Positions 1 through 10,294 of a stretch of DNA of 64,000 nt are shown piece by piece. The position numbers and the translations under genes were made by a program. The stretch is from an uncultured cyanobacterium (GTDB lineage: Bacteria > Cyanobacteriota > Cyanobacteriia > Cyanobacteriales > CAWUOF01), in the NCBI GenBank assembly GCA_963744145.1, contig CAVUSO010000001.1, forward strand, positions 5,120,001 to 5,184,000. Reading direction: 5' to 3'. The notes below the pieces were generated by a model. It did not search any database and was not told where the DNA came from. It was given only the letters and a program-made list of their open reading frames with translations. Positions within the stretch are counted from its first letter, which is position 1. Each line of letters starts with the position of its first letter.

Positions 1-4
1 AAGT

Positions 5-436
5 TTGGTAATTTTTATCTTTTTAAGTATGCCTTTTGTGGCTGGAATTTTAGAAGACACTATTCATGCTCAAGCTGAACCAACCGGACAAATTTTAGTT
101 AGCGATCGCCATCAACCTGTAACTATTGTCATTGTAATTCCTCCAGCAAATTCCTCATCTAGCCCAATTTCACCTCAATTTACCTCAAGATATTTATCTA
201 ATGATAATGAGATGATTACCTTGATTGAATATCACCAGTACCAAGATTTAATAGTAACATCTCCCCTCATTCCGGCTGCCTATCGACCGAAAAATTCTTT
301 CCAGGTAAGAAACGCCGCGTTTGGAATTCTTAATTTTCTACCTAGTGCCCAAGGATTAGCAGAAACTACAGCAGCTATTGATGGAATTTTTACGATGATT
401 ATTAATGATCTGACTGGTTTTGTATCTGGCAAATAA
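5..436 (+). CDS. Hypothetical protein, probably 5'-partial at the window edge
   Basis: Open frame from the window edge to TAA at 434-436, converging on the next gene; no family recognised. Confidence 0.45.
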   Translation: MVIFIFLSMPFVAGILEDTIHAQAEPTGQILVSDRHQPVTIVIVIPPANSSSSPISPQFTSRYLSNDNEMITLIEYHQYQDLIVTSPLIPAAYRPKNSFQVRNAAFGILNFLPSAQGLAETTAAIDGIFTMIINDLTGFVSGK

Positions 437-438
437 TT

Positions 439-2097
439 TTAACTGGAGCCTTCCAGATTCAAATTGATATGAATCCGATCGCGACCTTGAGCTTTAGCTT
501 GATATAGAGCTTGGTCAGCTTGCTTAATTAGCAGAGCTGGAGATGTATTTGGACAAGGAATCAGACTAGTAATTCCCAAGCTGAGAGTCACATATTTACT
601 AATAGGAGAACGGAGATGAATAATTTGCAAATTTCTAATTTCTTGTTGAATCTCTTGTGCTACTATAGCCGCACCTTTAGCATCAGTATGGGGTAAAATT
701 ACAGCAAATTCTTCTCCTCCATAACGCGCTACTAAATCATCAATACGGTGCGTAGCTTTACCAATAGCTGTAGCGACCATCCGGAGACATTCATCTCCAG
801 CTTGATGACCATAGGTATCATTATAGAGTTTAAAAAAATCGATATCACCTAAAATTAAAGATAATGATCCTTTTTCCCTGATTTGTCTTTGCCACTCTGA
901 ATCTAAATATTCGTCAAAACGACGACGATTAGCTAATTGAGTCAGACTATCTAAACCAGCTAGACGTTGTAAAGCTTGATTAGTAGCTTGTAACTGTTCA
1001 TAAAGTTCTGCTTGTTGAATGGCGATCGCTAATTGAGTTGCTAATTGCTTTAATAAATCAATCTCAAAAGGTTGCCAAGAACGAGGTCCGCTACAGTGAT
1101 GAGCAATTAGTAATCCCCATAACAAATTTTGATTTTCTTCCCTCTCTAAACTAGAATCACTACATGATAAAGTTTCCGAGTCAACCATCTCGATTCCTTT
1201 CCGACTATTTGCCTCTCCACCACTTCCTTGTAAAATGGGAACAATCAAATTAGCTCTCACTTGAAATGTAAACATTTGTTCTAACAGACAGGGAGCTAAA
1301 TTAGCCAGATAAATATCATTAATAGCCCAAATTAAACCATGGTTATAAAAATCAGTATAATGGTGATCAAAACAGTAATCTCGAATGGTTTTTCCTAGTA
1401 AAGATTTCCAATTAGACTCGACCGATTCCACAATAATCTGACCGCTCCAATCTGTTTCAAACCGAAGTACAATTACCCGATCTGTTTGCAAAAACTGTCG
1501 CACTTCTGTAACTGTAGTATTGAGAATTTCACTCAGTTTTAGAGATTGACGAATATGCTGAGTAATTCTAGCAATTAATCTTTCTCGTTCGGTTTGCTGT
1601 CGGAGCAGTTCTTGGGTGTGTTTATGTTCTTCTTCAATCCGCTTACGTTCTTTGATTTCTTCTAAAGCTTGATCTCGCATTACCCGATACTCATGGATAC
1701 GTTGTGTTAAATCAGTCACATCTTGAATCACTAACAACGCATAGATTTCTCCAGCTACTGTTGGAACTGCGGTTACAGTTGTTTGCTGAATCCTTAATTT
1801 TCCATCTGGTAGAGGTGCAGGTAAAAAATATTTGTGGATTTGAGAAGAAAAAATTGTTGGTGGACCACCAGTGAAGATTTGCTGAAGACGAACTAAGTAT
1901 TTAGGATGATTGAGGTGGGGAAAATGGGTAGTAATTTTGGTTTTTAAAATTTGCTGACGTCGGATATTTGTCCATTCTTCCAAACAACTATTCCAAAACA
2001 GAATTATCAAATCCTTTCGCAGTACACACACCCCGACTGGGACTCGATCTAAAAGACTAAATTTTTCTTCAACCCTTTTAATTTCGTTGATAATCAT
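439..2097 (-). CDS. Diguanylate cyclase, PAS + cyanobacteriochrome-type GAF + GGDEF
   Basis: PAS-like N-terminus; GAF (LQTDRV...DYCF...APCL...LWGLLIAHHC); DIDFFKLYNDTYGH, RIDD I-site and GGEEF. Confidence 0.92.
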   Translation of the reverse strand: MIINEIKRVEEKFSLLDRVPVGVCVLRKDLIILFWNSCLEEWTNIRRQQILKTKITTHFPHLNHPKYLVRLQQIFTGGPPTIFSSQIHKYFLPAPLPDGKLRIQQTTVTAVPTVAGEIYALLVIQDVTDLTQRIHEYRVMRDQALEEIKERKRIEEEHKHTQELLRQQTERERLIARITQHIRQSLKLSEILNTTVTEVRQFLQTDRVIVLRFETDWSGQIIVESVESNWKSLLGKTIRDYCFDHHYTDFYNHGLIWAINDIYLANLAPCLLEQMFTFQVRANLIVPILQGSGGEANSRKGIEMVDSETLSCSDSSLEREENQNLLWGLLIAHHCSGPRSWQPFEIDLLKQLATQLAIAIQQAELYEQLQATNQALQRLAGLDSLTQLANRRRFDEYLDSEWQRQIREKGSLSLILGDIDFFKLYNDTYGHQAGDECLRMVATAIGKATHRIDDLVARYGGEEFAVILPHTDAKGAAIVAQEIQQEIRNLQIIHLRSPISKYVTLSLGITSLIPCPNTSPALLIKQADQALYQAKAQGRDRIHINLNLEGSS

Positions 2098-2176
2098 GCC
2101 TGTTTGCTTTACTTATACAAAATATAAATAGTGATTGTAGGTATTTTTCTATTCAGATGGGATGACGAATTGCGAT

Positions 2177-2779
2177 TTACTGATCAACTTGTTCGATTGC
2201 GGTCAATAAGACATCAAAAGAACCAACATTAAAAATCAGAATGATGTCTCCTTCAATCTGAAGTCGTTCAATTGTAAAACGGGTCTGGGCTAACAAAACA
2301 ATGGCAGCTTCTGCAAAACTACCATCGGTCAATAGTATATCGATCTTACCTTCGATATGTTTGGGAAATGTATATTCAAGGTTCTGCCCAAGGACGTTAC
2401 TAATCGAACCCATGACACCATTAATTACAATATTGCCAACTTCACTCAATGTACCAATTTTGACCGCATCAAGTTCAGAAGTTCCTGGTGTTTCTCCGGT
2501 CAGCATTGCTACTAGCATCTGGGCGCTATGAGTCGGGAAAACTAGCTGTGCTGTACCAGAAAATGCTCCTTCAAATCCGAGTTTGACCGAGGATATTCGT
2601 TCCCCGTTTAGATGTTGCTCTAGAGAATTTTTTAACTCTACAGGTGATACAATTTTGACAAAAGGGATTTGTAAGCAAATATGAGATTCGATCATTTCAT
2701 TTAAAACGCCAGCAGCTTGGCCAACCCCAATATTGACCAGTTCTTGTAAAGCATCGATTTGTTCAATCGTCAAATTCAT
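2177..2779 (-). CDS. cheC: CheC-family phosphatase-like chemotaxis protein
   Basis: Two ExxN motifs (QELVNIG, SEVGNIV) in a typical CheC duplicated layout. Confidence 0.85.
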   Translation of the reverse strand: MNLTIEQIDALQELVNIGVGQAAGVLNEMIESHICLQIPFVKIVSPVELKNSLEQHLNGERISSVKLGFEGAFSGTAQLVFPTHSAQMLVAMLTGETPGTSELDAVKIGTLSEVGNIVINGVMGSISNVLGQNLEYTFPKHIEGKIDILLTDGSFAEAAIVLLAQTRFTIERLQIEGDIILIFNVGSFDVLLTAIEQVDQ

Positions 2780-2782
2780 AAT

Positions 2783-3154
2783 TCAAGTCCCCCGATGCAA
2801 ATTAAAAGCAGTTTTAAGAGCTTGACGCAGTTCATCAGCTTTAGGAGGTTTATTAATCAGGGCGATCGCCCCTAGTTCTAAGCACTTTTGACGGGTACTG
2901 GCTTGAATATCGGCTGTAATGACAATTACTGGTACTTTAGCTTGCATCTCAGTCAAGGCTTTGAGAACCCCCCAACCATCGATTTCGGGCATAAGCAAAT
3001 CTAATAGCATACAGTCTGGGTGATGGAGTTGTAATAACTCTAATCCTTCCCGTCCATTCACTGCCTCTAGGGTCTTGTACCCTTCTTTTTGCAAAATTTT
3101 ACAAATTGCTCGTCTGGTAAACCACGCATCTTCAACAATGAGAATTAATGCCAT
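2783..3154 (-). CDS. Single-domain response regulator (CheY-like)
   Basis: ILIVED, LLDLLMP phospho-Asp, ITAD and NKP motifs. Confidence 0.92.
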   Translation of the reverse strand: MALILIVEDAWFTRRAICKILQKEGYKTLEAVNGREGLELLQLHHPDCMLLDLLMPEIDGWGVLKALTEMQAKVPVIVITADIQASTRQKCLELGAIALINKPPKADELRQALKTAFNLHRGT

Positions 3155-3298
3155 TCTTACTGTACTCCTTAGTTGTACCCATCTGACTGTTCGATTGTCC
3201 GTATACCATCACTGGTCATTTTCTCCTGGGATCGACTATCCCTATTAATATTTAATATCATTATAATCAGGATATTTTTAGGAATAATTCTCTTCTAA

Positions 3299-4462
3299 TT
3301 GACAATTATGAAACTAAGTCCAACTACTGCTCTAGCGATTTCCTTCCTATCCCTCTGGACAGAATTATTTTCGGTACAACCAACTAGCGCTCAAAATGCT
3401 CAACTAAATCCGGTTGACCAAGAAATAATTCAACAAGTCACTCAGTGTCTTAATAGTACGATTAATCAAGTCCAGCAAGTTAATATCGAAACCTTAGAAG
3501 GAATTTCGATGCAATGTGTCTGGAAAGTAGCGTTTTTAGGACCTGATGGTAAAATTCGTACTGATGCAAGCGATCGCATTACTGCATTAATCAAACTAAC
3601 AGGTGTGACTCTACCAAAACCAATTAGTCAAGGACAAGCTACTGTACAAGTACAGCCCATTGCGGATCATCAGTTATTTAGTATTCCGATTGTCATCGGT
3701 GGACAAACCAAAAATTTTCTTTTCGATACTGGTGCATCTAATTCAATGGTAGATAATCAAATTGCTCAAAAATTAGGTCTTTCTGGTACTAAAATTCCCA
3801 ATGAGCTGATGAATTATATGGCGATCGGTAATCATTGTACGGGAATTAATGCCATGTTATATCAACTTCCTCCTGTTAATATTCAAACCGCTAAAGTGGA
3901 AGGTATCAATGGTTTAGGATTACCGAATACTGCTATTCCTGGTCAACAATCAGGGGTCATTGGCATTGATTTTTTAAGTGGTTTTGATGTGAATTTTAAT
4001 CCCAAGACTTGGCAATTAAAACTTCTCCCTCATGCTCAGTTTATGTCGGATGCTATTCCTTTAGTTGGGAAATTGGGAATCATGACAACTAAAGTCAAAA
4101 TCAATGGTGAAGGACCGTTTACTTTTATGCTAGATACTGGTGCTGAAGTCATGGTGATCTCTAATAATTTAGCCAAAAAACTTGCCCTGGACTCTCCGAA
4201 AAACGAAACTTTAGAAGTCCAGGGTTTTTGTGGCAACGAAATGGGTCAAAAAACTAAATTAGCTCAAGTAAATTTACAGAAATATCAAGCAACAAATCTT
4301 GATGCGGTAATTTTGAATACCGAGGTATTTAACTTAATCGGAATTGATGGAATTATTGGTCAAAACTTTTTAAATCACTATCAACAATATTGGCAATTTG
4401 GTGAGACTAATCAACTCGGATTTCCCGAACAAGGTAGTTTATCTTTGTCTCCAATAGAATAA
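3299..4462 (+). CDS. Secreted retropepsin-like aspartyl protease with two clan AA domains
   Basis: Signal-peptide-like N-terminus; FLFDTGAS and FMLDTGAE motifs with downstream GVIGIDFL and GIIGQNFL. Confidence 0.85.
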   Translation: MTIMKLSPTTALAISFLSLWTELFSVQPTSAQNAQLNPVDQEIIQQVTQCLNSTINQVQQVNIETLEGISMQCVWKVAFLGPDGKIRTDASDRITALIKLTGVTLPKPISQGQATVQVQPIADHQLFSIPIVIGGQTKNFLFDTGASNSMVDNQIAQKLGLSGTKIPNELMNYMAIGNHCTGINAMLYQLPPVNIQTAKVEGINGLGLPNTAIPGQQSGVIGIDFLSGFDVNFNPKTWQLKLLPHAQFMSDAIPLVGKLGIMTTKVKINGEGPFTFMLDTGAEVMVISNNLAKKLALDSPKNETLEVQGFCGNEMGQKTKLAQVNLQKYQATNLDAVILNTEVFNLIGIDGIIGQNFLNHYQQYWQFGETNQLGFPEQGSLSLSPIE

Positions 4463-4471
4463 ATAATTGAT

Positions 4472-7400
4472 TTATTTAGTATAAGCGATCGCCCGATTAC
4501 GTCCTTGATGTTTAGCCTTATAAAGAGCTTCATCAGCTCGACCAATTAAGTCCTGTGGATAGTTAGTCAGAGTGGGAATTAAAGTAGCAACACCTAAACT
4601 CAAGGTCACATAAGGACTGACTTCTGATTGAGCATGGAGAATCTTGAGATCCGCGATCGCTTGTCGAATAGCATTAGCCACAACTAAGCCACCATTTAAG
4701 TTAGTATTAGGCAAAATCGCAGCAAATTCCTCACCTCCATGACGAGCAACTAAATCAACCGCACGTTGGGGGATCTGAGCCAAAGTTTGAGCTACTTTAA
4801 TCAAGCATTCATCCCCACCCTGGTGTCCATAGTAGTCGTTATACAGTTTGAAATAATCAATATCCATCAGAATTAGTGTCAAGGGTTGCTTTTCTCGCAA
4901 ATGTCTTTGCCATTCTACTCCTAAATATTGATCAAACCGACGACGATTAGCAATTTTAGTTAACCCATCTAAAGTCGCGATCCGGGATAACTCTTGATTA
5001 GCAAGTTCAAGTTCATTAGTGCGTTCAGCCACCTTTTGTTCGAGAGTCCGATTGTAATCATTGCGAAGCTTTTCTGCTTGTTTCCGTTCAGTAATATCCT
5101 GAAACGCATTAAGAGCAAACTTAATTTCACCAGTTTCACTATAGATCGGAGTTCCCCAGATCTCTAAAGGAATCACCCGATCGCCGTGATGAATTTCCAG
5201 GTCATCTACACTAGCTGCTTCTCCCTTTAAAGCTCTCACAATCGGTAATTGTTCATTTGGATAAATTTCCTGAGTGCCCGCCACATATACTTGATAAACC
5301 TGAGCAAGTTCTGTTATAGTTGCCTCGGGAGCGATCCTTTTACCTAGTAGCTTTTTAGCTCTACGATTAGCATAATAGGGATGTGCTTTAGTATCTAATA
5401 TTCCAATCCCGATCGGCACTGCTTCTAGGAACTGTTCTAGCTGTTTTTTACTATCACGAACTTGAGCATAGAGTTGAGCGTTGGTAATCGCGATCGCTGC
5501 TTGTCCACTCAATAGTTGTAAGAATTCAATCCTTGCTCTAGTAAAAGCAGCCCCAGTCACTTGATTTTCTAGATAAACCATACCCACTAACTTACCTTGA
5601 TTAAGTAAGGGATAGCAGAGAATCGAAAGAGGTTTCATGGATTGAATGTAAGGATCATGGATGAAATTACCAACCTGAATTGCATCATCAAGCACTACAT
5701 TTTTGAGAGTGCGTGCTACATAATTTACAACCGATACTGGTAACAGTTGATCAATCGGTTGATCTGGGGAGAAGATGGTATGATTAGTATTACTATAAAT
5801 GGCGATCGAGAAATCGGCTAACTCCGAGGAATTATTTAGGGATGGGAGGAGCAAACAACCACTCTGGGCACCAGCATTTTCCAGCAGAATTTTCATCAGA
5901 GTCTGTAACAGCTTTTCTAATACCATCTCCCTCGCGATCGCCTGGGATGATTTCATAATAGTAGACAAATCTAATACTGCACTATTGCCACTGCTACTAC
6001 TGCTAAAAGAAGTATGATCAGTGGATAACCGCGACGAGAATTGTTCCCCCAACAAATGAGGATACTGACTTTCTAAATAGCCAACTTTTTTGATTGCTCC
6101 CCAACGCAGATAACAGTAATGTGCTTCTTGAATATAGAGTTGGACAAATCTTTTTTTCCCCCAATTTAGATAAAATTTAGCTGCTAGTTCATTAGCTAAA
6201 GCTTCTTCTTGCAAATATTCAGATTTTTTCGCACCAGCAATCGCCAGATCATAGAATTCGATGGCTTCTAATTTCTTTTCTAAAACCCGATATTTTTCGG
6301 CTTCTACTAATTGCCACTTATGCAAATAGTTCATCGGTGCAAATTCTGCCCAAAACTTTAGCTTGCTTTGATTATCATGGATTTGTTGTTCTTTTTTTTC
6401 CCAATCAATCGCGGTAGTTGACACATTATTAAGTAGAATCAGAGAATCATAGAAATACAAACTAGCTTCACCAATTGTACCTACACCTCCAGCCAGATAT
6501 TGTCTAGCGAGAATTATATCCATAGTAGCCCGTTCGATATTGCCTGTCAAAAATTTTACCATTGCCCTGTGCAAATAGAACGCAAATACGCGAAATAAAT
6601 CTTTAGCAATCAGTGACTGAGAAAGTAGTTTTTCCTCAGCGATCGCCTGCTCACAGGTAAGTTCAAATTGTTCTGGATTTCCAATTAAGGACAAGATTGT
6701 TTCCCAATAAACTGAACAATAGTTTGCTGTTGTAACTTGATTAAAATCGAGCAATTGCTGATGATAACCTTTAGTTTGAACTTCTAATTCTGCTAAATTT
6801 TGACCACACCAATAGGAATGGAAACAAAACAAATGGGCATGATGTCCAACATATTCCAGATTACCTGTTTCTAATCCAGCTTGATAACCTGCTTGGAGAA
6901 TGGGGAGAGTTTCCCGTAAATGAGACTGACGATGGTGTAATAAGGATGCGATCGGTACAAAAGTGGTAGAGCGAATATTTTTAGCTTCTGGTTGAGCTGC
7001 AATCCGATAAGCTAATCGACTAAATTGAGTAGCAGTAGTAATATCTTGGCGGAATTTGATCAGACAAGCACCATAAAATCCATAGCTCAAAGCGGAAAGT
7101 GGACTGTTACCAAATTGAAGCGATAAATTTACCTGTAAAGCAACTAGCAGAGGAAACAAAGGTGAACCTACTATATAACAAGCTGGTTGGATACTCGCGA
7201 TCACCTCCATGATGGCTAGTTGATGGGGATCTACCATTGGTGGTAGATCAAATAATCTCTCAATTGCTTGCTCGGGAGTAAGATTATAGTTCAAGTGATT
7301 AATTTCTAGAATTGCCTGTTGAATATCTTCTACCGTCGGAATATCATTCAACTCAACTCCTAACTGTTTGAGAATTGATTTACCAGTGGATATTGCTTCT

Positions 7401-9934
7401 GGGAGCTGATTTTGGGAGACTAATGCCTGAATTTTAATAATATAAACCTTTACTTGATCTACCGCAGTTTTTGCCTGACTAATTACTGCATTAAACCACC
7501 ACTCGATCTGGGCAAATTTCCCCAAGAGCGAAGCTGCTTCGATCACTAATTCATGTAAATTTAAGGTAATTTGATATTCTCTGCTCCATCCTTTATTTCC
7601 CAGTAAGCTGATTCCCATCTGAGCATATTCATCTGTAGCTTGATAAGCACTAGTAGCTCTAGCTTTACCGGCTGCAACTAGATTAAGTTGAGCCAAGCGA
7701 TCGCGCTCAGTTTGAGTTTCAATTAGTTCTAAACCATAATTCAATTGATTAACTACTGCAAAAATTAGCTCTTCTCTGGTAGGGTCGGAGATTTGAGTAA
7801 GTAGTAATTGACCGATTTGGTAGTGAGTTCTAGCTCGTTCCGGTTCTGGAATCAGTAAATAAGCAGCTTGTTTAATGCGATCGTGTCCAAACTGATAATG
7901 TTGAATCAACAGATATTCATCTAGAGAGGAACGAGCGATCAGCAAACCTTGTTCCAGTGCTATTTTCAGATCCCTATAGATAGCGACGGTCGGTTGGGAT
8001 TTAATTAAGGAGAGGGTTAGTAAATCAAACTCTCTTCCTAAATAAGCTGCAATTGCTAGCACATCTTGAACGGTTTGCGGCAATTTTTGCAACTGTAACA
8101 GCATTAATTCTACTACATTATCAGTAAAATCCTTGCGTTCAATTTCCTTTAGATTCCATTGCCATTGTCTGAATCTGTAATTGAACGATAGTAAATTTTC
8201 GCTGTAGAGAATGTGGAGAAACTGATTGGTAAAGAATGGATTACCTTGAGTCTTAGAGATCACTAACTGCGCCAAATTTTTAACCATTGCCGGGTCATAA
8301 TGTAACGTCTCCCCAATCAATTCTTCCACCTGCTCTAAAGATAAGGGGGCTAAGTTAATATAGTTGATTTTAGTCTCATAGTGTTGCAGTTTAGCAATCA
8401 TAAAAATGAGCGGATGACCAGCTAATATTTCATGATCTCGATAGGCAACTATGATTAATAAATGATTGATTGGGTGGTCTTTTAATAGTAGTTCCAACAG
8501 ATTGAAAGTAGCAAAATCCGCCCACTGAATATCATCTAAAAATATGACAAGTGGGTGTTCTGGGGCGCAAAATACCTGAATAAAGCGTTGAAAAACTAAA
8601 TTAAACCGATTTTGGGCTTCATTCGCCCCCAATTGGGGGACGGGGGGCTGAGTGCCAATCATTAATTCTAGATCGGGAATCACATCAATGATTACTTGCC
8701 CATTGCTGCCCAGACTATCTAATAATTGTTCTCGGAATTGGGAGAGAACTGTCTCCGGTTCCCCTAACAGTTGTTTGACTAAGCTACTCAACGCTTGTAA
8801 TAGTCCTGAGTAGGGAATATTCCGCTGAAATTGGTCATATTTGCCATCAATAAAATAGCCCCTTCTGGCTGTAATCGGTTGGTAGAGCGATCGCACCAGG
8901 GTAGATTTACCAATCCCAGAATAACCAGTTACCAGGATCAATTCGGCTCGAGCGCTATCATCTGGATTTGCTCCTACTACCCGTTCAAAAGCTGCAATTA
9001 AGATTTGGATCTCTTGTTCTCGACCATAGAGTTTTTGGGGAATGTGAAACCGATCAGGAATATCATTTCCAGCCAGGGGAAACCATTCAATTCTGCCAGT
9101 TACCTGCCACTGTCTTAAACATTCCTCTAAATCCGCCTTCAGTCCCCAAGCACTTTGATATCGATCTTCAGCATTTTTAGCCATTAATTTATGGACAATA
9201 TCCACCAAACTGAGTGGGAGCTGACCCTGCTTGACTTCGGTCAAGGATATAGGCTGTTTGGCTAAATGACAATGAACTAACTCCATTGGATCATTAGTAG
9301 TAAAGGGTAATTGATTCGTCAATAATTCGTAGAATGTCACCCCCAGAGAATAAAAATCTGTGCGATAGTCTACGATCCGATTCATCCGTCCGGTTTGTTC
9401 CGGAGCCAGATAAGCTAATGTTCCTTCTAAATAATTGGGAAGTTGTAGTGCTGGATTTTCTCGACTCAGTTGGGTCGAAATTCCTAGGTCAATGATCTTT
9501 AACACCATTGTGGTCGCGTTGAAAACAATATTACTAGGATTGAGATCTTTATGAATTACTCTGTGACTATGGAGTTGACCTAAAGCGCTGGCAATTTTGA
9601 TCGCGATCGGCCAAAATAAGTCGAGGGGCAAACCTTGGGGATATTGTTTTAACCATTTTTTCAGGGCATCTCCACCAAAATCTTCAAAAATAATTACTAA
9701 GGTTCGGTGCCATTCCATCAACTCATAAGCTTGAATCACCTGGAGTAGCTTGAGCTGTTGTGCCAGATAATACTCTTGACGATAGCGTCGGAGCTGGTCT
9801 GGACTCGGATATTCGGCTTTGAGAACCTTGAGAATTACGGGTTGATCATCTTTAATTCGTCGTCCACGATAGACTCGGGAATGTTCTCCATCATGTATTT
9901 GAATTAAATTTTTGTACTCCGTAAAAGTGGTCAT
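4472..9934 (-). CDS. Multidomain Ser/Thr kinase - AAA ATPase - GAF - PAS - GGDEF diguanylate cyclase
   Basis: HKDLNPSN and YLAPEQTGR kinase motifs; GYSGIGKS Walker A; FLDDIQW Walker B; GAF; PAS; RAVD I-site and GGEEF. Confidence 0.93.
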   Translation of the reverse strand: MTTFTEYKNLIQIHDGEHSRVYRGRRIKDDQPVILKVLKAEYPSPDQLRRYRQEYYLAQQLKLLQVIQAYELMEWHRTLVIIFEDFGGDALKKWLKQYPQGLPLDLFWPIAIKIASALGQLHSHRVIHKDLNPSNIVFNATTMVLKIIDLGISTQLSRENPALQLPNYLEGTLAYLAPEQTGRMNRIVDYRTDFYSLGVTFYELLTNQLPFTTNDPMELVHCHLAKQPISLTEVKQGQLPLSLVDIVHKLMAKNAEDRYQSAWGLKADLEECLRQWQVTGRIEWFPLAGNDIPDRFHIPQKLYGREQEIQILIAAFERVVGANPDDSARAELILVTGYSGIGKSTLVRSLYQPITARRGYFIDGKYDQFQRNIPYSGLLQALSSLVKQLLGEPETVLSQFREQLLDSLGSNGQVIIDVIPDLELMIGTQPPVPQLGANEAQNRFNLVFQRFIQVFCAPEHPLVIFLDDIQWADFATFNLLELLLKDHPINHLLIIVAYRDHEILAGHPLIFMIAKLQHYETKINYINLAPLSLEQVEELIGETLHYDPAMVKNLAQLVISKTQGNPFFTNQFLHILYSENLLSFNYRFRQWQWNLKEIERKDFTDNVVELMLLQLQKLPQTVQDVLAIAAYLGREFDLLTLSLIKSQPTVAIYRDLKIALEQGLLIARSSLDEYLLIQHYQFGHDRIKQAAYLLIPEPERARTHYQIGQLLLTQISDPTREELIFAVVNQLNYGLELIETQTERDRLAQLNLVAAGKARATSAYQATDEYAQMGISLLGNKGWSREYQITLNLHELVIEAASLLGKFAQIEWWFNAVISQAKTAVDQVKVYIIKIQALVSQNQLPEAISTGKSILKQLGVELNDIPTVEDIQQAILEINHLNYNLTPEQAIERLFDLPPMVDPHQLAIMEVIASIQPACYIVGSPLFPLLVALQVNLSLQFGNSPLSALSYGFYGACLIKFRQDITTATQFSRLAYRIAAQPEAKNIRSTTFVPIASLLHHRQSHLRETLPILQAGYQAGLETGNLEYVGHHAHLFCFHSYWCGQNLAELEVQTKGYHQQLLDFNQVTTANYCSVYWETILSLIGNPEQFELTCEQAIAEEKLLSQSLIAKDLFRVFAFYLHRAMVKFLTGNIERATMDIILARQYLAGGVGTIGEASLYFYDSLILLNNVSTTAIDWEKKEQQIHDNQSKLKFWAEFAPMNYLHKWQLVEAEKYRVLEKKLEAIEFYDLAIAGAKKSEYLQEEALANELAAKFYLNWGKKRFVQLYIQEAHYCYLRWGAIKKVGYLESQYPHLLGEQFSSRLSTDHTSFSSSSSGNSAVLDLSTIMKSSQAIAREMVLEKLLQTLMKILLENAGAQSGCLLLPSLNNSSELADFSIAIYSNTNHTIFSPDQPIDQLLPVSVVNYVARTLKNVVLDDAIQVGNFIHDPYIQSMKPLSILCYPLLNQGKLVGMVYLENQVTGAAFTRARIEFLQLLSGQAAIAITNAQLYAQVRDSKKQLEQFLEAVPIGIGILDTKAHPYYANRRAKKLLGKRIAPEATITELAQVYQVYVAGTQEIYPNEQLPIVRALKGEAASVDDLEIHHGDRVIPLEIWGTPIYSETGEIKFALNAFQDITERKQAEKLRNDYNRTLEQKVAERTNELELANQELSRIATLDGLTKIANRRRFDQYLGVEWQRHLREKQPLTLILMDIDYFKLYNDYYGHQGGDECLIKVAQTLAQIPQRAVDLVARHGGEEFAAILPNTNLNGGLVVANAIRQAIADLKILHAQSEVSPYVTLSLGVATLIPTLTNYPQDLIGRADEALYKAKHQGRNRAIAYTK

Positions 9935-9994
9935 AGTAATTCGTCTAGTTGTCTAAATTTGCTGACGTTTGAGATTAGACTAATCTATTGCTAT

Positions 9995-10190
9995 CTATGT
10001 AGTGTAGGCAATCACTTAATTTGACCCCTGATGTTTAGCGTGGTTAAGTGTCTGGTCAGCTCTCACAATTAAATCCTGATGACTGGTATTTGTAACTAAG
10101 AATCAGAACTGCCACACTTAAACGTAAAGTAACATATCAAGTAATCAGTGACTGGACATGGGGAATTACTAGAGCAGCGATCGCTCGTCG
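9995..10190 (-). pseudogene. Degenerate fragment of a GGDEF-domain C-terminus
   Basis: Minus strand reads RRAIAALVIPH...YVTL...AKHQGSN*VIAYTT*, paralleling RQAIADLKILH...YVTL...AKHQGRNRAIAYTK* at the end of the 4472-9934 gene; contains stops and indels. Confidence 0.7.
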
Positions 10191-10216
10191 GCTCTAGTTA
10201 TGGGCAAACTCAACCC

Positions 10217-10250
10217 AAAAAAAGCCCCTGCTTAAACAGCAGGAGCTTTA
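10217..10250 (-). terminator. Intrinsic terminator of psbDC
   Basis: Minus strand AAAGCTCCTGC-loop-GCAGGGGCTTTTTTTT just after the psbC stop. Confidence 0.8.
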
Positions 10251-10294
10251 TATTCATTGATCAGCCATGAAGAAAATCAAAACTCCAACCTAAA

